Source: an uncultured Gammaproteobacteria bacterium
GTDB lineage: Bacteria; Patescibacteriota; Patescibacteriia; Magasanikbacterales; GWA2-37-8
DNA: 64,000 bases
Direction of reading: 5' to 3'
NCBI GenBank assembly: GCA_964355175.1
Contig: CAYHBZ010000001.1
Location: 64,445 to 128,444, forward strand
Positions 50,726 through 59,594 of this stretch are shown here, piece after piece. A model generated the notes under the pieces. That model ran no database searches and was not told the origin of the DNA. It saw only the letters and a program-made list of their open reading frames with translations. Numbering within the stretch: position 1 is the stretch's first letter; each line of letters opens with the position of its first letter. The position numbers and the translations under genes were made by a program.

Positions 50726-51838
50726 ATGTTAACTTGGGTGGAGGTAAACAAACAGGCAATAGAGTATAATCTGAAACAATTCAAAAAACTAATTGGTGCA
50801 AAAATTCTTTTGATGCCGGTTATTAAGTCCAATGCCTACGGGCATGGACTTGTTGAAGTTGCTAAAATCTGTCAACAGAGTAGGGAAGTAGGCAGGCTCT
50901 GCGTAATAAATTTAGATGAAGCAATAGAATTAATAAAAAATGGCATCAAAAAACCAATAATGATTCTGAGTTTTTATGAATTTGATACTGAAAAAATAAA
51001 GATTGCGATAAAAAACAAAACCGTCTTCCCAATTTACAGAGAGGACCAAATAAAATTCTTACAAGAAAGCGCTAAAAAATTAAATTTGAAGGTTCGAGTG
51101 CATCTAAAAATAGATATAGGCACTAGCCGGTTGGGTGTTTTTCCAAAAGACGCCGTGATTTTTGCCAAAAAAATAACCTCTTCAAAAAATTTAGTACTTG
51201 AGGGACTGTGGAGTCATTTTGCTTCCAGCGAAACCGACAGGGGACTTACCATAAAACAAAGACAGATCTTTGAGAAGGTAGTGGGGGAGCTGGAACAAAA
51301 TAATATTTTTGTACCACTAAAACACACAGCCTGTTCGGCGGCAACCATCCTTCATCACGACGCTCATTTCAACGCGATTCGTTTAGGGCTTAGCACCTAT
51401 GGACTATATCCGGATGAAAAAAGTAAAAAAATTATCACACTAAAACCAGCTCTATCCTTGAATACAAAAATTATCCAATTAAAAACAGTACCTCCTAATA
51501 CTAAAATAAGTTACGGTGGCACCTTTGTTACCAAACAAAATACCACCGTCGCCACTTTGCCGATAGGCTACTGGGATGGCATGGATAGAAGAATGTCCAA
51601 TAATGGGGAAGTGCTTATAAATAGCCAAAAATGCCCAATTATAGGCCGAGTTTGTATGAATTTAACAATGGTAGATGCTTCTAAAGTAAAAAATATTAAG
51701 GTGTGGCAGACAGCTACGGTGATTGGACGACAAGGAAAATCCATGATAACCGCTGATGATATTGCCAAAAATATCGGTACTATTAATTACGAAGTGGTGG
51801 ATAGAATAAACCCATTAATCAAACGCATTGTAAAATAA
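50726..51838 (+). CDS. alr: Alanine racemase
   Basis: VIKSNAYGHG, HLKID.G..RLG, SYG, GRVCMN, GTINYE. Confidence 0.96.
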   Translation: MLTWVEVNKQAIEYNLKQFKKLIGAKILLMPVIKSNAYGHGLVEVAKICQQSREVGRLCVINLDEAIELIKNGIKKPIMILSFYEFDTEKIKIAIKNKTVFPIYREDQIKFLQESAKKLNLKVRVHLKIDIGTSRLGVFPKDAVIFAKKITSSKNLVLEGLWSHFASSETDRGLTIKQRQIFEKVVGELEQNNIFVPLKHTACSAATILHHDAHFNAIRLGLSTYGLYPDEKSKKIITLKPALSLNTKIIQLKTVPPNTKISYGGTFVTKQNTTVATLPIGYWDGMDRRMSNNGEVLINSQKCPIIGRVCMNLTMVDASKVKNIKVWQTATVIGRQGKSMITADDIAKNIGTINYEVVDRINPLIKRIVK

Positions 51839-51840
51839 CT

Positions 51841-52818
51841 ATGCGCTATTTTCATTCCAATAAAAACTTCAACCAATACAAACCGAGTGTATCTTTTTGG
51901 GATAGATTTAAAAAAAAACATCCTCAGAGGGGACTGAACACGATAAAAACACCAAATGTATTATCCAATCCTTTCAAAAGGGAACAGCCAAAACCCAAAA
52001 ACTACAAAAAGATATTTGTTACCGCTTTTATTTTGTTAATATTCTTAGGCTGGATTACTCTCATGCTGACCCTGCCATATTTTAAAATAAACAACATCGT
52101 AATAAATGGAACAAAAATTAGCAAATCTGCGGAAGTAAATGATTATGTTCGTTATGGTGATTATTTTAAAGATGGCTTGGTGTCACGAAGAAATTATTTT
52201 CTTTTCCAGGATAAAACCGTAGCCCAAAAAATACAAAATAAATTTTTGTATGAAAAAGTAGAAATAAAAAAGAATTTTCCCAACACTGTCAATATAATTA
52301 TCAGCGAAAAACCGGCGAGTATTATCTATGATAATAATGGAATAATATATTTACTTGATAAAGACGGCAAAATTATCAAAAAAACAAAGCTCTCCTATAA
52401 TAATACAAACCCAGCGCAACCGGCTTTAAGTCCTACCACCACACCGATAATTTCCTTGAATCAGGCCGCTTCTAGGGCTTATGAAGAAACTATGGCAGAA
52501 TATGGTAACTTTCCGGTAATTATCGATCATAAGACGATTTCAACCAACGATGATAAGCTTTTATCCGCAAAATTAATAGAGACTGCCCAACTATGGCACA
52601 AATATTTAAAAGAACAGGCGATAGGGGAAATAAAATTTTTTAGCACCGATGAAACAGACTTTAATTTGAAAATTACTTTAAATAAACCCTGGTATATACT
52701 AATAAACACTCAAAGTGACACGAACTCCCAAATGCGCAACCTAAAAATGATTTTATCAAGCAGTAATCCGACCAGCTATATAGATCTACGATTTGGAGAT
52801 CGGGTATACTGGAAATAA
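51841..52818 (+). CDS. FtsQ/DivIB-type POTRA cell division protein
   Basis: TM segment, F.I..I.I.G, K.FPN...I.I.EK, YIDLRFG.RVY.K. Confidence 0.8.
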   Translation: MRYFHSNKNFNQYKPSVSFWDRFKKKHPQRGLNTIKTPNVLSNPFKREQPKPKNYKKIFVTAFILLIFLGWITLMLTLPYFKINNIVINGTKISKSAEVNDYVRYGDYFKDGLVSRRNYFLFQDKTVAQKIQNKFLYEKVEIKKNFPNTVNIIISEKPASIIYDNNGIIYLLDKDGKIIKKTKLSYNNTNPAQPALSPTTTPIISLNQAASRAYEETMAEYGNFPVIIDHKTISTNDDKLLSAKLIETAQLWHKYLKEQAIGEIKFFSTDETDFNLKITLNKPWYILINTQSDTNSQMRNLKMILSSSNPTSYIDLRFGDRVYWK

Positions 52819-52841
52819 AAAAGTCGCGCAACCTCATAATT

Positions 52842-52870
52842 AAAATCTCTGAAATTTAATCAGAGATTTT
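52842..52870 (+). terminator. Intrinsic terminator
   Basis: AAAATCTCTGA-AATTTAA-TCAGAGATTTT. Confidence 0.8.
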
Positions 52871-52933
52871 TTATTTAAAAATTTTAAAGGGAGACGGTAG
52901 AGGAGTGGCCGAAACGGGTGTGGATAAGGCCGC

Positions 52934-52962
52934 TTTACAGCTGGGTTGCTTTGTTATATAAT
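52934..52962 (+). promoter_or_regulatory. Promoter of the HNH-xer operon
   Basis: TTTACA, 17 bp, TATAAT. A DnaA-box-like TGTGGATAA lies at 52919-52927. Confidence 0.65.
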
Positions 52963-52988
52963 TGAGTATAATAACTCTTACACTCAGT
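52961..52988. other. dif-like tyrosine recombinase site (11-6-11)
   Basis: ATTGAGTATAA-TAACTC-TTACACTCAGT. The inverted arms extend to 14/16 matches (52956-52993). Confidence 0.6.
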
Positions 52989-53002
52989 TATATGTACTAA
53001 TT

Positions 53003-53488
53003 ATGCGCTTAAATAAGACAAAATCAATTAGCTTGGCCTTTAGCACCCCTTTTGATCTTTTAATGAAAAAACTATATTCAGAAAAAGAAATGTCGACTCC
53101 GGAAATTTCTGATTATATTTTTAAACAAGTAAAAATTTTTATAACTCCAAGATCAATTCAAAGAGAAATAAAAAAACTTGGATTAATCAGAGGTCTGAGT
53201 GATGCTTTTAAACTGGCTATAAAGAAAGGTAGAAAATCCTACGAGCACCTCAAAAAACCCATTAAGTCTTCCCTACTGCGCCACGGAATCACTTTGAAGA
53301 CCAGATTTGAGGTTTTCCAAAGAGACAGCTCACGCTGTGTTATTTGCGGCAAAACTGCTCAAGATGATATACTAGTAGTCGATCATATCATTCCGGTGGT
53401 CAAGGGAGGGACAAACAACATAAAAAACCTCAGAACATTATGCCGAGAGTGTAACCACGGCAAGATGCTTTTAAATGAACATATATGA
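53003..53488 (+). CDS. HNH endonuclease with N-terminal HTH-like domain
   Basis: R.EVF.RD...CVICG, VDHIIPVVKGG.N...NL.TLC..CN.GK; N-terminal LY....S..EI helix pattern. Confidence 0.88.
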   Translation: MRLNKTKSISLAFSTPFDLLMKKLYSEKEMSTPEISDYIFKQVKIFITPRSIQREIKKLGLIRGLSDAFKLAIKKGRKSYEHLKKPIKSSLLRHGITLKTRFEVFQRDSSRCVICGKTAQDDILVVDHIIPVVKGGTNNIKNLRTLCRECNHGKMLLNEHI

Positions 53489-54438
53489 CCTCCAACCAAT
53501 TCCCACTTCCCTACTTTGATGATTTTATTTTAAATCTTAAAGCCAATAATTTTTCGGAAGAAACTGCGTATAATTATGAACGCGATTTAAAAACTTTTGA
53601 ATCTTTTTTAAGTAACGACATAAAAAAATCTTTTGACCAAATAAATAAAACTGATATTTTACGTTTTAAGGCTTATCTTGGCTCATCTGAACGCAAAACT
53701 GCTGAAGACAAAAAACCAGAAAAAAAGCTTAATAGCTACTCTATAAACCGCATACTTTCTTCAATGCGCTCTTATTTGAAATTCATGGAAGACATGGACC
53801 ATAAATCCCCAATATCCTCTAATGCAATAAAACTGCTTAAAAACGAGAAAAAAAGCGCGCGCGTACCGGAATTTGAACAACTTATCAAACTCATTGAAGC
53901 ACCGACAAAATATGAAGAAAAAATCCAAGTAGCATTGCGTAACCGGGCGCTACTGGAAACTTTATTCGCTACCGGCATGCGTATCTCCGAACTTTTATCT
54001 CTAAAAGTTGAGCAGATCGACCAAACTGGTAAAATATATATCATGGGTAAAGGTAAAAAACAAAGATTTGTCTATCTGACACCCCGAGCTCTTGTCCATT
54101 TAAAAAGTTATTTAGCCAAAAGAAACAGCACTTCAGATATGTTGTTTGTTCCTTACCGCGGCCGCAATAATAATGAAAAAAATAAAAAACTTTCGACTAA
54201 TTATTTACAATACAAAATCAAACAATACCGTCAGTTATTGGATATAAATTTGCCAATCAGCGCCCATACTTTACGCCACAGCTTTGCCACTTTTTTGGCA
54301 GAAAAAGGTGCCAATCCAGCCGCTATTCAAATCCTTTTGGGCCACGAATCACTTGATACCACCACTAGATATGTACATGCTTCAGATAGATATGCGGAGA
54401 AGACGCATCACGAATTTCATCCACTCTTTGATAAATAA
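53485..54438 (+). CDS. Tyrosine recombinase XerC/XerD/XerA-like
   Basis: TGMRISEL, GKG.K.R, HTLRHSFAT, LLGH...TT..Y.H. Confidence 0.93.
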   Translation: MTSNQFPLPYFDDFILNLKANNFSEETAYNYERDLKTFESFLSNDIKKSFDQINKTDILRFKAYLGSSERKTAEDKKPEKKLNSYSINRILSSMRSYLKFMEDMDHKSPISSNAIKLLKNEKKSARVPEFEQLIKLIEAPTKYEEKIQVALRNRALLETLFATGMRISELLSLKVEQIDQTGKIYIMGKGKKQRFVYLTPRALVHLKSYLAKRNSTSDMLFVPYRGRNNNEKNKKLSTNYLQYKIKQYRQLLDINLPISAHTLRHSFATFLAEKGANPAAIQILLGHESLDTTTRYVHASDRYAEKTHHEFHPLFDK

Positions 54439-54462
54439 TTTTTTCTACTCGCTTGAAAATAA

Positions 54463-54497
54463 AAAAATATCCCCCAACTTAATCGGGGGATATTTTT
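54463..54497. terminator. Bidirectional terminator
   Basis: AAAAATATCCCCC ... GGGGGATATTTTT. Confidence 0.85.
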
Positions 54498-54613
54498 AAT
54501 TTCGGTTGTCATCAGACCTCACTTCACTAATGCTGACTTCAAAAAATAAACATTAGGGAACGGTGAGGTCTGCGCGCAGCAAACTCCGCCCGCCCTCGGA
54601 AGGACCTTGTTGG

Positions 54614-54808
54614 TCATCCCACAACTTCCAGCACCGAAAGTGCCAGCTGGGCCTCTTGGGCACGAGCAAAAGTCACCTGCAGGCACAGGTGGCGCTCGTT
54701 GCGACGATGAGGCACACGCCCAGCGCAATTCGGACAGCCGGAATCGCGAGGAGGCCGAGCTGAAGTCAGGGGAGCATTGGAACGAAAAGGACGTGCTTTG
54801 TCTGCCAT
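54614..54808 (-). CDS. Putative small Cys/His zinc-binding protein (64 aa)
   Basis: CPNC-x5-H-x5-H-x-C. AAGGA SD. Own promoter TTGACT, 17 bp, TACTAT (54884-54856). GC-rich. Confidence 0.45.
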   Translation of the reverse strand: MADKARPFRSNAPLTSARPPRDSGCPNCAGRVPHRRNERHLCLQVTFARAQEAQLALSVLEVVG

Positions 54809-54928
54809 TGTGTTTCCTTCGGTAAACGGATACAGTGCGAGAAACAACCTTCAAAATAGTATCTCAAATATGGCTAAAAGTCAAGAAAACAGCCCTACTA
54901 TAGGCTGTTTTCTTCATAATTTATATTT

Positions 54929-55909
54929 TTATAATGCCGCCGAAATTATCAAATCAAGCATTTTTGGAAACGATATCCCCGCTTTTCCAGCCGCTTCCGG
55001 AAGTAGACTAGTTCCAGTCATCCCAGGAATAGTGTTGGTTTCTATTATATATACTCGCCCATCATCCCCAAGAAAAAAATCACTGCGACTCATCCCCCGA
55101 CAGCCCAGCGCTTTGTGAGCGGTAACTGCTAATTCTTGCATCGTTTTATTCACATCTTCTGAAAAATCCGCCGGACAAATATGTTTGGATCCACCTGGCA
55201 AATATTTGGATTTATAATCATAAAATTTCCCCACTTGCGGCAAAATATGAGTTGGCGGCAAAGCAAACGCCTCACCTTTTTTCTCGAGCACTCCACAAGT
55301 AGCTTCTTGGCCTTTGATAAATTTCTGCGCCAATAGCCAAGGAAATTTTTTAATTGTTTTGTTCACTGTCTGTTTGAGATCATCTTCGGTTTTTATTATA
55401 CTTACCCCTACTGCCGATCCTTGATCTACCGGTTTCACCACACACGGATAACCGACACTAGTATTGATAGCCGCCAAAACTTCTTTCTGGCTGTTTTTCC
55501 AATTTTTGGCAGTGATATCAATAAAAGCCGGATGCGGCAAATGCCAAGAATAATATATCAGACCAGCATACACTTTATTCATACACAGCGCGCTACTTAG
55601 AGTATTTGGACCGGTATATTTGATACCCAGCGCTTCAAATATCCCTTGCACCGTACCGTCCTCCCCTGGCGTACCGTGCAAAGCAATAAATACTACATCA
55701 AATAATTTTCTGTCTTTATTTACAAAATCTACCAATCTTTTTTTATTTTTTATTTTCAAAACAAAATGATTATCTTGAGTCATTTCCACCAAACTCGGCG
55801 CATATTTTTTACGATCCAAATTATCAAAAACAGCTTGACCCGTGACCAGAGAAACTTCTCTTTCCGAAGATGACCCTCCGTACAATACCGCCACTTTTAA
55901 TTTCTTCAT
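54929..55909 (-). CDS. ddl: D-alanine--D-alanine ligase
   Basis: GG.SSEREVSL, LHG..GEDG, GSAVG, YDY.SKY, E.NTIPGMT. Confidence 0.96.
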   Translation of the reverse strand: MKKLKVAVLYGGSSSEREVSLVTGQAVFDNLDRKKYAPSLVEMTQDNHFVLKIKNKKRLVDFVNKDRKLFDVVFIALHGTPGEDGTVQGIFEALGIKYTGPNTLSSALCMNKVYAGLIYYSWHLPHPAFIDITAKNWKNSQKEVLAAINTSVGYPCVVKPVDQGSAVGVSIIKTEDDLKQTVNKTIKKFPWLLAQKFIKGQEATCGVLEKKGEAFALPPTHILPQVGKFYDYKSKYLPGGSKHICPADFSEDVNKTMQELAVTAHKALGCRGMSRSDFFLGDDGRVYIIETNTIPGMTGTSLLPEAAGKAGISFPKMLDLIISAAL

Positions 55910-55934
55910 AGGCTTATATTAAATATCTATGATT

Positions 55935-57173
55935 TTACGGCAAATAACCCAACGGGTCAACCGGAATACCGTTGGAGCGAACTTCAAAATGCAAATGAGC
56001 GCCGGTTACAAATGGACCAGATCCCACCATCCCAGGAGTTCCACCGGAATAACCAATTATGTCACCCTTATTCACAAATTGCTCATCGTTAATCAAAATT
56101 GAACTAATGTGACCATAGAGAGTAGACAAATTACCATTGTGGATAATCAATATATAACTATAACAAGTGGAAACAGTACAACGCTTAGCGCGCCCAATAT
56201 AGCCGGATGCGGCGGCCCGCACTATTGAGCCTTGAGGCATACGAATATCTATGCCACTATGTTGAAAAACATTTTTAAACGGATAATCCGGATCATGAAA
56301 ACGCGATGTAACATAATGACCGCTTACCGGCCAGCCAAAATCATCAACATCGCTAGGTTTATTAGCAAATCTATCCTGATCGGATAATTTTTTACGCACC
56401 TGTGCTTCAAAAGAAGAAACTTCATTTTCTACCAATTTGTATTGAGCGCGCATACTGTCGAGCAAAGTTTGATAGCGCAATTCCGATGATTTGGTCTGCA
56501 CCAACAAAGTTTCTTTATTATTTTTTTCATCGGTCAGATCCTTTTTTTGATTGTTTAGCTGATCCAAAAACTTATCATAATCTGTTTTTTTTACTTCGGC
56601 CAAAGTTTTTTTACCATCCAGATCTTCTTTGGCAATACGTACTCCTTTTACGGTGCGACCTAGATCGATATAAACATTTTCCAGATATTTTGCCTGATTA
56701 TAAAAATTGGCAAAATTGCTATTAGTAAGCATTATCTCCAAAAAATTCTTCTGATCATTGGCATGGAGGCTCTGGACCATCTTTCCAATCATTCTTTTTT
56801 CGCGATCAATAGTATCTTCTTTTTCTGCAATGGAAATAGTCAGAGCCTCAATTTCCAGCTGAGTTTTTTGTAATTCTTGGTTAGTCAGATCCACATCCGC
56901 TTGGGTCTGAGCAATATGATTATTGATAATGCTCATCTGATTTTTCAAGGACACTCCCTCGGTTTGTTTTTGCGCAATATTTTGTTTGTAGGTACTAATA
57001 GTATCTTCAAGCTGTTTAATCTTGTCTTTACGCAATTGAATTTCTTTATTAAGCTGTTCGACTTCCGGATTCACAGTAGAGGTGACAGTTTCCGCTAAAA
57101 CCAAAAAACTACTGGCGGAAAATAATCCGAAAGCAAGTAATAAAAAAAGGGTGATTTTGACTCTTTTTTGCAT
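55935..57173 (-). CDS. Secreted coiled-coil M23 peptidase (EnvC-like)
   Basis: Signal peptide, coiled coil, HSGID, TLYGH, HLHFE. Confidence 0.9.
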   Translation of the reverse strand: MQKRVKITLFLLLAFGLFSASSFLVLAETVTSTVNPEVEQLNKEIQLRKDKIKQLEDTISTYKQNIAQKQTEGVSLKNQMSIINNHIAQTQADVDLTNQELQKTQLEIEALTISIAEKEDTIDREKRMIGKMVQSLHANDQKNFLEIMLTNSNFANFYNQAKYLENVYIDLGRTVKGVRIAKEDLDGKKTLAEVKKTDYDKFLDQLNNQKKDLTDEKNNKETLLVQTKSSELRYQTLLDSMRAQYKLVENEVSSFEAQVRKKLSDQDRFANKPSDVDDFGWPVSGHYVTSRFHDPDYPFKNVFQHSGIDIRMPQGSIVRAAASGYIGRAKRCTVSTCYSYILIIHNGNLSTLYGHISSILINDEQFVNKGDIIGYSGGTPGMVGSGPFVTGAHLHFEVRSNGIPVDPLGYLP

Positions 57174-57237
57174 AAATAGATTATAGCATATAAATAAAAA
57201 AAACTGAATACATTTGTATCCAGTTTTCTAAAAAATA

Positions 57238-58716
57238 TTATTTTAATTTTGCCAAGGCTATGTTTAGGCGCTTTAGTGATTCCTCCCTGCCCAAAACCTC
57301 AGCAATCTCAAACGGCCCAGGAGAATTTTGTTGGCCGGACAGAGCCACACGCATCGGCCAAAGGACTACGCCATTGGCCAGACCATTTTGACCAGTCCAC
57401 TCCCCTAGCATCGCCTGTAATTTTTCCTTATTCCAATCTTGAACACTAATTGTGTTCAAATGTTCCACTAGCTTTGGCAACACATTTTTTACTTCTTCTA
57501 AGCTACTTTTTTTCCACACTAATATCTGACCTTCATATTCCGGCACAGAAAATATAAACTTAAGCGCCTCTGGTAATTCAGCCAAGGTAGTAATACGCTC
57601 CTTTTCTAGCGACAAGGCTTTGCCCAACCAAGCTTTATCGATGTTTTCATCTACTAATCCCGCTTTTACCAACCAAGGCAAAGATACTTTTACCAATTCA
57701 TCAAAAGATAAGGCGCGTATATACTGTTGATTATACCAGTCTAATTTTTCTAAATTAAAAACCGCTCCAGACTTATTTATCTTATCCAAACTAAAAGATT
57801 TTATCAACTCATCCATTGAATACAATTCTTGTTCAGTGCCTGGATTCCATCCCAAAAACGCCACAAAGTTAATCATCGCTTGAGGCAAATAACCTTTTTG
57901 AGCATAATCATCTACGGCCACATCGCCTTGGCGTTTGCTGAGTTTACTTTTATCAGGATTGAGCAATAGAGGCACGTGGGCAATTTGCGGCACTTCCCAA
58001 CCAAAATATTTAAACAATTGAATGTGTTTTGGCGTACTGCTGAGCCACTCTTCACCTCGCACAATATGAGAAATTTCCATGAGATGGTCATCTACTACCA
58101 TCGCCATATGATAGGTAGGAAAACCGTCAGTCTTTATCAACACCTGATCATCCACCAATTCATTTTTAAAAGAAACTTGACCGTGGATCAAATCCTGAAA
58201 AACAGTCTCACCCTCAGTCGGCATCTTCATGCGCAAAACATGAGTTTCCCCGCTAGCCAATTTGGCCTTTACTTCTTCCCCATCTAGATTACGGCAATGG
58301 CGATCATAGCCGCTTGGTAATTTATTTTTTTGCTGATAATTTCTCAAATCTTCCAATCGCTGTGGCGTACAAAAACAATAGTAAGCATGACCATTTTCCA
58401 AAAGCTCTTTGGCATATTTAGCGTATATTTCCAGGCGCTCTGACTGAATATATGGTCCTTTATCCCCTACCTGAAAAATTTTACCGTCCTCACCAATCTT
58501 GGCGCCTTCATCGTGATTAATACCACCCCACGCCAAAGAATTTATAATATTTTCAATACCACCTTCTACAGTGCGCTTCTGATCAGTATCTTCAATTCGT
58601 AACACAAATTGCCCACCATTTTGTTTGGCAACCAAATAACCATATAAAGCGGTACGGAGACCACCTACATGCAAAAAGCCGGTTGGAGATGGGGCAAAAC
58701 GAGTTCTTACGGTCAT
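57238..58716 (-). CDS. gltX: Glutamyl-tRNA synthetase
   Basis: RFAPSPTG.LH.G, LRIEDTD, RGEEW, KLSKR. Confidence 0.97.
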   Translation of the reverse strand: MTVRTRFAPSPTGFLHVGGLRTALYGYLVAKQNGGQFVLRIEDTDQKRTVEGGIENIINSLAWGGINHDEGAKIGEDGKIFQVGDKGPYIQSERLEIYAKYAKELLENGHAYYCFCTPQRLEDLRNYQQKNKLPSGYDRHCRNLDGEEVKAKLASGETHVLRMKMPTEGETVFQDLIHGQVSFKNELVDDQVLIKTDGFPTYHMAMVVDDHLMEISHIVRGEEWLSSTPKHIQLFKYFGWEVPQIAHVPLLLNPDKSKLSKRQGDVAVDDYAQKGYLPQAMINFVAFLGWNPGTEQELYSMDELIKSFSLDKINKSGAVFNLEKLDWYNQQYIRALSFDELVKVSLPWLVKAGLVDENIDKAWLGKALSLEKERITTLAELPEALKFIFSVPEYEGQILVWKKSSLEEVKNVLPKLVEHLNTISVQDWNKEKLQAMLGEWTGQNGLANGVVLWPMRVALSGQQNSPGPFEIAEVLGREESLKRLNIALAKLK

Positions 58717-59483
58717 ACTCTTTTAATTTTTTTGTATATTATTAGGCTTGCAAATACAGCGGTGGCCTTGAAAATACGGCCTAAACGCCATGGCTGTCTA
58801 AATAAACGATATAACCATTCTAGCCCAATTTTACGCAAAAAACAAGGGGCGCGCCTGGTTATGCCGGAAATATAATCAAAAGATCCCCCTACTCCCATCG
58901 CCAATTTTACCGTGGGCAAATTTTTAATATTCTCGTAAATCCACTTCTCTTGCTTATTATGCCCAAAAGCCACCAACAACACATCCGGAGCAGTCATAAT
59001 AATATCGTAAATAGCATTATCGTTGGCATTTGATTCGGAAATTATTTTATTCTGATCTTCTACTAATAAAAACTCTATTTCTGGACCAGGATTAAATCCG
59101 GCAATCCGCAAATTTGGAAATTGTTTTTTTAAATTTTCAGCCGTCTTTTCGAGCACCTCTCTAGAACCAGAGCCGAGCAAATAGACGCTCTTATTTTCTT
59201 TCTGGGCCAATTCACACAATCTCAAAACAAAATCAACGCCGGGAATACGCTTAATTTCCCCAGCGCTGACAAAAGTCACTCCAAAGCCATCGCTAATATT
59301 AAGATCCCCGAGATTTAAAACCTTTTTAAAATAACTATCATTCTGCGCATCCACGAGCATTTCTGGATTTGGCGTAAAAACCAAATTTTGTTTATTGGAA
59401 TATAAAAAACCCCGCGCTTTTTCTAGCGCCCGATCCATAGTAAGACTATCAATTTTCACTCCCAAAATTTCTTTCATAACCAT
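58713..59483 (-). CDS. WecB/TagA/CpsF family glycosyltransferase
   Basis: TPNPE, RIPGVD, KQEKWI, GVGGSFD, RAP, GLEWLYRL. Confidence 0.93.
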   Translation of the reverse strand: MVMKEILGVKIDSLTMDRALEKARGFLYSNKQNLVFTPNPEMLVDAQNDSYFKKVLNLGDLNISDGFGVTFVSAGEIKRIPGVDFVLRLCELAQKENKSVYLLGSGSREVLEKTAENLKKQFPNLRIAGFNPGPEIEFLLVEDQNKIISESNANDNAIYDIIMTAPDVLLVAFGHNKQEKWIYENIKNLPTVKLAMGVGGSFDYISGITRRAPCFLRKIGLEWLYRLFRQPWRLGRIFKATAVFASLIIYKKIKRV

Positions 59484-59557
59484 AAAATTGTAGCTTATTT
59501 AGCCAAAAAAATCAATTAGCCAAAACACCCTAACATTCCATTTTTAAAAAGTCAACA

Positions 59558-59587
59558 AAAAATCCTCTGATTTCTCAGAGGATTTTT
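59558..59587 (-). terminator. Intrinsic terminator
   Basis: AAAAATCCTCTGA-TTTC-TCAGAGGATTTTT. Confidence 0.85.
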
Positions 59588-59594
59588 ATATTTT

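Noticed and set aside
52919-52927. DnaA box as evidence for oriC
   Set aside because: Only one intergenic box, no cluster and no dnaA/dnaN nearby.
52890-52945. tRNA-like 5' sequence GGAGACGGTAGAGGAGTGGCCGAAAC near the recombinase (possible att remnant)
   Set aside because: D-stem does not close; no anticodon arm, T-arm (GTTCRA) or acceptor 3' strand.
53003-54438. Prophage, integrative element or group I intron around HNH-xer
   Set aside because: No phage or conjugation genes, no flanking att direct repeats and no intron core motifs recognised.
54575-54615. c-di-GMP-I, SRP or RNase P resemblance (GCAAAC...GGAAGGAC, nearby GAAAGTGCC)
   Set aside because: Only isolated short words match; the GNRA/receptor, GCAAAG, AGCAG and GAGGAAAGUCC elements are missing.
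54519-54854. Alternative overlapping ORFs (111 aa minus; 66 and 72 aa plus)
   Set aside because: Expected by chance in GC-rich DNA; they lack SD or promoter support compared with the 54614-54808 ORF.
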